DNA of 64,000 bases from Octopus sinensis (GCF_006345805.1 NC_043004.1:52948001-53012000), one strand, 5' to 3'; shown: positions 42,832-52,539, counted from the stretch's first letter. The notes: generated by a model from the sequence alone, not told the origin. Made by a program: numbers and translations.

Positions 42832-44804
42832 TATTTTATATAATTTGCCACTAGGGCAGCACACAGAGTAGTAGCTACGGGCTGGACAAGGACATTAATG
42901 GATCATGGTGGTGGTGGATGAAGATGGTGATGGGAGAAGTCGAAAGCGCCCGCCGACTTTCGCTTCTCTAAAACAATGTTTCAATAAATACATTTAATAA
43001 AATGTTCAAAAAATGTTCAACAATTCTTCTCGTCAGATTCCCGAAGCAAATTGTCTTGCCGCCTGCAGACAACTCTGCGACGACAAGTTGGGGCCTGCAA
43101 AGAGAAAGGTAAAGTCTTTCTTTTCAAAGGTCTCTGCGACCCTTGACAAAGTATCTTCTGTTACTTTTTCCGCAGCTACCCGCGGAGGCCATAACGGACT
43201 CCTTGAGCCGACCGTGCCCTTACGCTCTCGGTCACCCAAGCCATTCAAGAATCTTTCAACCTCCTCTCCCTTGTGGTAAAGGAGGAGAAGCATCTCCTCT
43301 TCACAGGGAGGGACCTCACACTGCCCCGTCGGTGGCACACTTCCTACTGGCGGAGCCTTGTCCGCGGGTGGCACACATCCCACCCGCGGCTCCGTCGGCG
43401 ACACAGAAACGTCAGTCGTCCGACCTCTCCTTTTTCTCCTCCTTCTTTTGGGGGACACTGCTGACCCAGGGGACTCCGTCACCAGACACGGGGGATTGCT
43501 ATCCCCCTTCGCCCCCTGAGCGTTCCTTGGCGGGCAACCATTGTTGCTCGCCTTTCTCTTTCTTTTCGTGGAGGCAACCTCCTCCACGACTTCCATCGTC
43601 TCCCCCTCCAATGAGGGGGCGGCGGGCGCCTTTTCCCCTCTCTGCTCCGGGGCACCACCACGGCCCCTGGGACAATTCTTCCTGATATGTCCGGGCTTCA
43701 GGCACAGGTGACACTTGGGGGGGGCCACCCTCGAGTATCACCGGGTACCTGTGCCCAGCCATTCTCAGGAAGTCCGGGAATTTCATTTCTCCCACGGCTA
43801 CCGGTGTCCACAGGGTCAAAGTTGCCCTCGACCCCTGCCAGGCGACCGCGGGAGCCACCTTCACACTCAGCAGTCTGGGTCCGCTATCCCCCAGGCCTCG
43901 CCGGATGGTCTTCTCGATCCATTCCGCCTCCGTGCCCGGGGGCAGCCCACACACCCAGGCTCTTTTCACTTTTCTGCCACAATACGAGGGGAGGAACAAA
44001 ATTTCCTCTCCCTCCAGTGGCTCCCTAGCAAATCTGCTAGCTTCCTCGGGGGTACCAAACAGCAACCACACCGTTGCAAATTTAGTCCCCCGAGAAATAA
44101 ATTTTATAGTTGGCAGGTATTCCCCCAACTCTTTCTCTATAGTATTCCTGTCGAAGAGGGCAATGGCTCCACGCGACCTAGAATAGGTTCGTAGGACCAC
44201 CGTCCTCTTCTCAAGACTTTCAATCCACTGCTTGGGTGGGACGACCTCCCATTTCAAAGCGGTGGTTTCTTTTGTTGCCATGTTTTTTTTGTTTTTTTTT
44301 ATAAATAAATGTATTTAGAATAAAACTAAAAAACGAGAAGAAAAGGAAATCCGAAGAAAGTCACAATGAAAAAGGAGAGAGTCAAATAAAGTTGAAAGGA
44401 AATTCAAATAAAGTTAAAAAGAAAGTCAAAAACACAGCAAAATCCTTTTGGCCATTTGGTACTCCCGGCCTAAATCGAACCAGGATCGCACAACTTCCAC
44501 AAAAATTGGTGTAAAATTGGTAGTTCTTCACAGCACCATACAATTTTCACAATTCGAAGACGGATACGCCCCCAAAAATTTTCTCAGCGAGAAAAATATA
44601 TCTGCCACATGTCGGCAGAATCAGAATTCTGAATCCAGTAGGACTTCCTGCATGTAAAAAATATTTCTCAACAAAAACTCCCACTGGACCCAGAAAACAG
44701 AATATTACCTTACATGGGGCTTCCAAAGTTTCAATTCAAGACGGCTTCAAAAGCACATCTTCACTGCTTCAGTAGCAAACACAACACTGACTCGCACATG
44801 CGCA
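42832..44804 (-). mobile_element. ORF1-only retroelement B (1973 bp)
   Basis: Bounded by 15-bp duplications; 5' UTR nearly identical to A; single ORF; shares 3' UTR blocks with A. Confidence 0.85.
43033..44281 (-). CDS. L1/Tx1-type ORF1 protein, element B (~415 aa if one extra base in the G8 run at 43717-43724 is an error)
   Basis: Removing one base gives ...LEGGPPKCHLCLKPGHIRKNCP (canonical CX2CX4HX4C) in frame with the MATKE... N-terminus. Confidence 0.75.
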
Positions 44805-44819
44805 GTTAGCAAGCTACTT

Positions 44820-46325
44820 TATTTCAACTATTTTGCCATAAAGGCATTACATAGAGGGGACACTACAAAAACATGTGGAGACATATAACAATTAAAAATA
44901 AAATGATACTGTGAGTGACATGAAAATGAACGTGAGAAAATAAATTAAGTTTATGATAACATGCATGATATCTGAAAATGAAATATGAAATATGACGAGT
45001 GTGCTACTCACCCCACTCTGAGCAACACCACTCGCTGCCTTTGAGTCTGAATTCTTCTCTAATCTCTGGTCTAGTCCTTCTTTTTCCACTCTCGCTATCG
45101 CTTAAAGACAACTTTCTTTCGCAACCTTTTTCACCGGGGGAGGGGTTTTCTGAATTCTGTGGTGTCTGCTCTTTTTTCTTTTTCTTTTTTTCTTGTGGGG
45201 AAAGGGAGTGGGTGGGTCTGGTGTCTGTATGGGGCGGGTGGGTCTGAGTGGTCTTGGGTGGGATGGAGTTGGACTGGGGTACCATTTCACACTCAGTGTT
45301 CTTTCTTTTCTTCCTCTTCTTACTTCTGCTCTCTGCTACTATCCATTCTACCTCCTTTCGTCCGTCTTTGTCTTCGTCCTCTTTTTTCTTCTTTGTCTCC
45401 GCAACTGGTTCATCTATTTTTTCCTCTTTTTCTTCTGTAGGGGGCAGTGTGCTCTTTTTCTTCTGTAGGGGGCAGTGTGCTCTAATGTGGCCTTTTTGGC
45501 CACATTTAAAGCACCACGGGGTTCTGCCTTCTACCCATACTCTCAGTACCATTTCTCCCACTGACACCGTTTCCGCCAAATTTTCCAGCTCCTTCGCCTC
45601 CACTTGTATGGTCATTTCCAGTAATTTTCCTTTGTAACTTCTTTCCTCTGTCTCTGTGGCTTGGAGGACAGTCACCTCCTCACTTCCAACGAGGACGGCT
45701 GCCGCAATCCAAGCCACCTTTATGTCAGGTGGAATTCCTTCTACCCTCACCTTAGAATTTTTTCTTCCAAGATAAGAGGGTAGAAGCACCAGTTCCTCAG
45801 CTTTTACGGTTGCACTTGCCAGCCTTCTCGCCTCCTCCTCTGTTTTAAACTGGACAACCACCGTCCCATATCCGCTTCCGTTTGCTATGTATGTTACTTC
45901 GTTCGAAAGCCCCTTGAGAGCTTTTTCTATTTTTTCCATATTCATCTGCTCCACTCTCCTACTCTCCACTGAGTGCACCTTGTAGGTGATGGTTTTTCTT
46001 TCCATATTCACCATGACCGTTTTCGGGGGTAGTAACTTTACGTCACTTCCCACCTTCTGTGTCATCTTATACAGCTCCTTCAGTTCAGTCAGGTCCACTT
46101 CCTTTCTCTTCACTCCCGCCGCGTCAGCAAAACTCTTCATTTTCTCCAAATGTTGGTCCATCCTGTTCACCGCCTTAACGAGCTCCTCCTCAGATGTGAA
46201 CAGTTCGTACTCGCTAAGGTCCGAATACATTATTTTCCACTCGCCAACAAACCGCTGGCGAGCAGCTCAAAGGATTCTGTCCGCCTAGTCAAAACTTGAC
46301 ACAGTAAACAACTCGACGCATGCGC
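44820..46325 (-). mobile_element. ORF1-only retroelement C (1506 bp)
   Basis: Bounded by 15-bp duplications; ~95-bp 5' UTR, intact ORF, ~185-bp 3' UTR with the same terminal hairpin + AATAAA. Confidence 0.85.
45004..46230 (-). CDS. Intact 408-aa L1/Tx1-type ORF1 (helical N-terminus, RRM-like region, CCHC knuckle, acidic/basic tail)
   Basis: VEGRTPWCFKCGQKGHIRAHC knuckle; GTVVVQFKTEEEA and LPSYLGRK..VRVEGIPP align with A/B (ATV.LLF.TPEEA, LPSYCGRK..AWVCGLPP). Confidence 0.85.
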   Translation of the reverse strand: MYSDLSEYELFTSEEELVKAVNRMDQHLEKMKSFADAAGVKRKEVDLTELKELYKMTQKVGSDVKLLPPKTVMVNMERKTITYKVHSVESRRVEQMNMEKIEKALKGLSNEVTYIANGSGYGTVVVQFKTEEEARRLASATVKAEELVLLPSYLGRKNSKVRVEGIPPDIKVAWIAAAVLVGSEEVTVLQATETEERSYKGKLLEMTIQVEAKELENLAETVSVGEMVLRVWVEGRTPWCFKCGQKGHIRAHCPLQKKKSTLPPTEEKEEKIDEPVAETKKKKEDEDKDGRKEVEWIVAESRSKKRKKRKNTECEMVPQSNSIPPKTTQTHPPHTDTRPTHSLSPQEKKKKKKEQTPQNSENPSPGEKGCERKLSLSDSESGKRRTRPEIREEFRLKGSEWCCSEWGE

Positions 46326-46363
46326 GTTAGCAAGCTACTTACCACACAGCCACTCCTGCGCCT
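46326..46363 (-). mobile_element. 5' head (A box) of the split SINE family 1 copy
   Basis: Minus strand AGGCGCAGGAGTGGCTGTGTGGT-AAGTAGCTTGCTAAC. Confidence 0.9.
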
Positions 46364-46614
46364 GCAATATGAAAATAATTATAGTATAAATGCTAGATCT
46401 ACAACATAACAATGAAGAATGTTTCTTTTAATCTTTCAATTAGCAAACTTTATTAATTTAATAACAAAAACAATTCATATCAAGTACAAGGGAGGCTTAG
46501 TTAGATAAATCGAAATAAAACTGCAGCAGCAACGATATAATGCATGTTACCACTGATAACAACACCACCATATCTATAATCACAAAATCTTTCCACCACT
46601 AGCACCTGAAATAC

Positions 46615-46626
46615 TACTACTACTAT

Positions 46627-46676
<50 letters not shown>
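46615..46676. repeat. (ACT)n microsatellite
   Basis: Directly visible. Confidence 0.95.
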
Positions 46677-46677
<1 letters not shown>

Positions 46678-46919
46678 ATATAGCGGCCTACGTACACTTT
46701 GCTTTCTTATATGTAAGTACATACATACATACACACACACACACACATTTTGTACGTCCCTCTTATTCTTTCATACTTTCATTCTTTCTTTCGCTCACCC
46801 TCTCTCTCATTTTCTGACCTTCCCTTCATTCTCACCTCCCCTCCTCTTTCACTTCACTCTGTCCCTTTTCTTTTTTTTCTCGTCCCTCCCTAATTCTTCT
46901 ATCCCTCTGCCTTTACCTC

Positions 46920-47345
46920 TCCTTTCACGTGACCGTTGTTCGGCCAAGCCTGACCTTTCTTTCTTGGTTCGACTACCATCCGTGCAACATCTATATCCCT
47001 TCCCATGCTTGTCGTCTCTTATGTTCCTGCTTCACTCGCCAGCTTAATTTAATTCGTCCTTAGTCGAAAGACACCTGCTGTTATTTGCATTTGTATTTGT
47101 GTACCATTTCTCCGTTGTGTACCATTTTTTCCGCCCCAGTTTTCGTATAAATTCGCTGCTTTCTTCCAAGGAATCTAGTGCTTTTAGGTTAGATTTTCCT
47201 TGCGGCTGGCCAGACTGGGGCAGCCTCGAGTATAACCAGCCGAAACTGCAAAGATAATCTGGAACTCGTCTGGCGAAAGAAAACTCCGAATGATCCGTCC
47301 TTGTTTTTCTTGTCCCTTTTTTCTTTCATCTAATTATCTGGATGT
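46920..47345 (+). mobile_element. Unclassified repeat terminus, same family as 29600-29820
   Basis: Shared blocks as listed for 29600-29820; ends at (TA)n. Confidence 0.6.
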
Positions 47346-47348
47346 TTA

Positions 47349-47394
<46 letters not shown>

Positions 47395-47483
47395 CCGGAG
47401 TGAACACATAAATGTGAAACAAGGTGGAAAAAAGAGTACTCAAATATCAGGGGACGCTTATAGAATTGTCACATCTGTTCTAT

Positions 47484-47542
47484 TTTAACAAAACTGTCCG
47501 ACGAACAGGAACGTGAAACTCCGAGTAACAGGTTTTGTTGAA
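47484..47542 (+). ncRNA. Type I hammerhead-ribozyme-like fold (non-canonical CCGACGA core) in a ~170-bp (TA)n-flanked element (~47394-47565)
   Basis: Stem I TTTAACAAAACTGT/ACAG(g)TTTTGTTGAA; core CCGACGA; stem II AC-AGGAAC-GT; GAAA; stem III A-C-T/A-G-T with CCG loop; GUA triplet at 47525-47527. Confidence 0.6.
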
Positions 47543-49337
47543 TTTCTGCTACTTTTAAATAAAGTATATATATATATATATAGATAGATAGATATGTTGG
47601 TGCATCACATCAATGATGATTATATATGTGTGTGTATGCATGTATGTACACGCACACTTATACGCACAGCATACACGCACAGCATACACGCACAGCATAC
47701 ACGTGCACACGCACAACCAGATACGCTTACATACACACAAGGATTTCCATGTGCATAGCAGAGAAAAGTACTCAATACACGTTTTGTATTAAGAAAGATT
47801 GATTTGTTATAATGTGAGAACTGCTAGAAACCGCAGTCAAGTTCTTCTGAAATCATATTCGGCTGCCTTAAAAGAAGAACCATTCAAGTGGATATCGTTG
47901 ACCACGATAAACTGTATGTGCATTGATGATGAGTTTTTCGTTGGAATGCCTTTGGTAATTGGTCAGCCATGAGGTGGCAAGCTAGCACGGCTGATATAAT
48001 GCTTAGTGGTATTTAGTTCGTCTTTACGGTCTCTGTTCAAATTCCGCCGAGTTCGAATTTGCATGCCATCATTCCGGAACCAATAAAATAAGTACTAGGC
48101 GAACACTGTGGTCGATGGAATAGACATGACCCCTTTCACGAAATTGCTGGCCAAGTGCCAAAATTTGAAATTTGAAATAGATCAGGCTACTGAGACTTAA
48201 ATGGTGAGTATTTATTGCTGAGATGGGATCTTACAAACAGTTCGAAAATATTTCTTTGGGGGATGTCGGATTTTTGTGAGAGACCAGGATGATTGATGGA
48301 AATAAGATATTTAGCTAAAATACAGTCCTTAGTAAAATAAAATAAAATAAATATTGTCAGTATTAAAATATGCGCAGCACATTGTATATCAATGAGCAGA
48401 ACCCTGACTGACGATGCGTGAAGATCCACTTCCATTGAAGTTCTATTTACATTTTAACATAAGGAGCCCTTTTGTATGCAAATATCTAAATTAAAGCTGC
48501 TGATGGATAGATTAATATAAAAAGTTATGAATGATAATACACTGCATAAAATTACCTTGAATGATTTTTAAAGTCATACTCTGTTATATTCTGTTCTTTA
48601 GTTATTTATTTTTCAAAACTTGGTGGAAGGGTTTGATTGTAAAATGCGATCCGTTGAGAGGCGACACCGAGCAGAGAAATTCTGGATTTGCGAGATCTGC
48701 AGCAAAACATCAACACATACACTACTACTATGTTTTTACCTTCTACTATTTCTTTAACAAGGAAAACTATAAGAAAAATTCGTGTAAAACAACTAATATC
48801 ACGGCAAAAAATTAATATAAGCACAAGAACATTTTTCTTTTTTTTGTGGGGGGGGGGGGGTGTTAAATTAACTTTATCGAACTCGGAAGAATGAAAGATA
48901 AATATCGGCTGGACTTGAACTATGAACGTAAAGGGCTAGTACAAATACTGCAAGGCCTCTTTTTTTTCAGGTGTTCTTACGGCTGTGTCAATCCATTGCC
49001 CTTATTATTTCTGAATTAATGCTGATGTTTGCTATAGGGATAATTTGGAACCATCTATCCAATGCTTCGTTGGTTGTTTATCTTACTAAGCTCGAAATGC
49101 TGACCAGCTTATGCAGACATTGAATTTCATGCTAGAAAGTAAAAGCTCGACAAGGATGCGAGATACAGTGAGAAATTTTTCAGACACTTTAAAGTTTCTA
49201 ACTCGTCTCGTAGAATTAGGAAACATGATGATACTACATTCGGCACCAACCTAGCTATTCTGAGTTCCTTAGTGGGATAAGTCGCTTAAATCCACTCCAT
49301 TACATGACTGGTAGCTTAATTTATCAATCCCAACGAA

Positions 49338-49452
49338 ATCTGGGTGGGATTTCAACTGTGAAGGTAAATAATCGGATATGGGTGGGATTTGAACTCTGAT
49401 GTGAAATAATCGGATCTGGGTGGGATTTGAAGTTTGATGATACGCAATCGGC
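49338..49452. repeat. Three tandem ~38-bp units each with a B-box-like motif on the minus strand
   Basis: AT(c/a)TGGGTGGGATTT(g/c)AA at 49338, 49376 and 49414; minus strand reads (A)GTT(C/G)AAATCCC. Confidence 0.75.
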
Positions 49453-49569
49453 AAGGCATTTTCTTACAACACAAGCTATTCTGCTACATTGCCACCTTAA
49501 ATTGACAAAGGAAATACAACACTAATAAATAATCATGTTTTCTATGTTGACACATAGCCTGCATCTTTT

Positions 49570-50459
49570 GAAAGGAGGGGGAAGTCCATTACAATGACCC
49601 CAGTACATGAGTGGTATTTATTTTATCGACTCTGAAAGGATGAAACCATAGTTGAAGCGGAATTTGAACTTAGAACGTAAAGGAAGACGAAATGCCTTTA
49701 AGCATAATATTTGGTATACTAACGATTATGCCTGCTCGCCACCTATATAACAAATTATTTTCTGTTACAAGCATAAGGCCTAAAATTATGTGTGGACGTG
49801 GTTAAGCGATTATATCGACTTAAGTAGTAAACTGGTACTTATTCCATCGACCCACGCAATGATGAAAGCAAACGCGACATCGGAGGAATTCAAAACCAAA
49901 GCGTAAGACGGACGAAATATCGCTAAAAAGTTTTGTCCACCATTCTAAAATTTCTACCAGCATGCCACCGCTTTACGCTAACAAAAAATAAAGGTTTCAA
50001 ATTTTGCCACAAGTGCAGCAACTTTGAGGAAAGGGATGAGTCAATTAAATCGATCCCAATGTTCAACTGGTACTTATTTTATCGACCCGAAAAGGATGAA
50101 AGGTAAAGTTGACCTCAGTGGAATTTCAACACGAAGGTAGCGGCGGGCGAATTCCTACTAAGCATTTCGTCTGGCGCTCTAACGATTCTGCCAGCTCGCC
50201 GTCTTTCGCTAACAAATAATAGTAAGGGGCAATCAGAAACATATTCCTTTCTACTCTAGACACAGGGCCCGAAATTTTGTGGGAGGAGCCAGTCGATTAG
50301 ATCGACCCCGATATGCAACTGGTACTTAATTTATCGGCCCCGAAAGGATGAAAGGCAAAGTCGACCTCAGCGGAATTTCAATTCAGAACATAAAGACAGA
50401 CGAAATACAGCTAAGCATTTCGCCCGGCTTGCTAACGGTTCTGCCAGCTCGCCGCCCTA
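49570..50459 (-). mobile_element. Four head-to-tail SINE family 2 copies; the last (50241-50459) has an 11-bp TSD CAATCAGAAAC
   Basis: Repeated ATCGAC..ACTGGTACTTA..GAAAGGATGAAA..GGAATTT.AAC..GACGAAAT..CCAGCTCGCC; TSD at 50230-50240 and 50460-50470. Confidence 0.8.
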
Positions 50460-50564
50460 CAATCAGAAACTTATTAATACCTACAGACACACAAGAAACG
50501 CTAGCAATATTTACGTCAAATTAAATTCTTCATATTTGCATTGAGGAAAATATATCGGTTGAAA

Positions 50565-50735
50565 TAATCCTTACGTTGTGAGTTCAAATTCCGCCGAGGT
50601 CGACTTTGCCTTTCATCCTTTCGGGGTCGACAAATTAAGCACCAGTTACGCACTGGGGTCGATGTAATCGACTTAATGTCTGTCCTTGTTTGTCCCCTCT
50701 ATATTTAGCCTTTTGTGGGTATAAATAAATAAGTA
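50565..50735 (+). mobile_element. 5'-truncated SINE family 2 copy, opposite orientation
   Basis: GAGTTCAAATTCCGCCGAGGTCGACTTTGCC...TTTAGCC..TTGTGGGT. Confidence 0.85.
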
Positions 50736-51145
50736 TACCTAAATAAAATATTTGACGGTCACGTAAGTTGGTCAATACTTTTCGTAATAGGTCGAGAGTA
50801 TCATACCTGAGATATTAAATTAAAAAAAATACAACTAGCAAGGACAATATCATGCAATATGTACACTAAACACCGCTATTAATATAAATATCAACAAAAG
50901 CAATTCGGTACGATTTTCATCTCGAGCAAGAATGTTCAACTTCAGTTAATGCAATGTGAGTCTGGCAACCATATGGACGAACGATGAAGAAAACCTTTAC
51001 GTGCATACATAGAGACAGACAAACAAACAGGCACAAATCCACACACCTACCAACGCATATATATATATATAACATATATAACACCCACCCACACGCACAC
51101 CATACATATGTACATACATACATACATACACCATACATACATACA

Positions 51146-51181
<36 letters not shown>

Positions 51182-51204
51182 TATATACATATACATATGT
51201 ATAT

Positions 51205-51235
<31 letters not shown>

Positions 51236-51243
51236 GCATATAA

Positions 51244-51316
<73 letters not shown>

Positions 51317-51900
51317 GTATGTGTGTATGTATTTCCCACGCCATTCTTCTTCTTTTTTGTCTCCAAACGTCGGTAAGATATTTTTCAAGTCGTGATATTT
51401 TCTCATAAACCAAATTGATTTACAATTTCTACGAATCACGAGGGAAATTATTGCAAAGATCGAAGTGCCCTCAGGCGGACTAGTTTATTTGATGAATTCC
51501 CTCCCTTTGAACCTCCTTTTCTTCTAAGTCTTGTACGCTCCAAAAGACTTCAATGGAAAATTCAAGATCTTATATCGTCTGGGAGAAAAAACCGACAAGT
51601 GATTAGGAAGACAAAAATTAATATATAAAATTAAATGCGAGCATGTGACTCTATGCGCATGCGCAGATCGGTGTGTGTATATTTTTGTGTCTCTGTGCGG
51701 TTATACGGATGTTAATAAATCATATAGACTTCAAAGTATAAACTTGAATTCACCAAGTGTATATGCACACACTTTTATCGTAATAGATACATGCAAACAC
51801 GCACACGCATATATATGTCTCTGTATTTGTCTGTGTATGTGCGTATACACATACATGCATGTATATGCATGTATATAAATATGTGTGTATGAATATATAT

Positions 51901-51950
<50 letters not shown>

Positions 51951-52539
51951 TATATTATATTATATTAAAGTACAAAGATTATAAATTGAACATCAATTTA
52001 TATATGCATGTTTAATAAACATATGTATAATACTGACAAGCTCAATAAATACATTCCTTGTTTAATTGACAGGGCTCCCTCTATCTCTTCTCCCTCTTTT
52101 CTCAGGAGAGAGGGGTAGAGATAAAGATTGAAAGAGAAATGGAGAGAGAAGAGGAGAAAAGCATGGCAAGAGGCAAAGTGTAAGGAATTAGATTAAGTCT
52201 ACTTACAAGCCAAGCCAACTCATACTTAATGATTTCATATAAATGCGTATCACTATTTCCGTTTGTAACGTATTTATTAAAGAACTTCGACGTATTTTCA
52301 TTAAACATATGCACATAGATTTATTTCAGTATTTTTATTCATGCCTTTTACAATCTGCTAAAGTTCATCGCCGTCTTTGTTCTGGCACAATGCACTCCAG
52401 TCTCCTGTCTCGCTGACATCAGCTTGTTTCTGGGAAAAAAACTGTAACAATTCTGATAGGAAAACTGGGGTCTCTCTCCAAGAGAGCAATATTATGATAT
52501 CGAAAGTTGCAAATACTAAACTTCAGAGGAAGTATTCAC

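Larger units (their letters stand above)
40628..46340. repeat. Four identical 15-bp target-site copies GTTAGCAAGCTACTT (40628, 42817, 44805, 46326)
   Basis: Read directly; the sequence is part of the SINE head and delimits three inserts. Confidence 0.95.

Noticed and set aside
43143-44194. Plus-strand ORFs overlapping elements A and B (e.g. 43143-43685, 43715-44194, 41701-42093)
   Set aside because: Antisense shadows of GC-richer coding sequence; no motifs, and not conserved in frame between A and B.
41054-46230. Host tandem gene family (e.g. ZCCHC3-like paralogs) or LTR-retrotransposon gag
   Set aside because: Intronless units bounded by SINE-derived duplications inside a split SINE indicate insertions; no LTRs, PBS or pol.
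40628-46340. CRISPR-like array (identical short repeats with unique spacers)
   Set aside because: Spacers are 1.5-2.2 kb coding elements, the context is eukaryotic and there are no cas genes.
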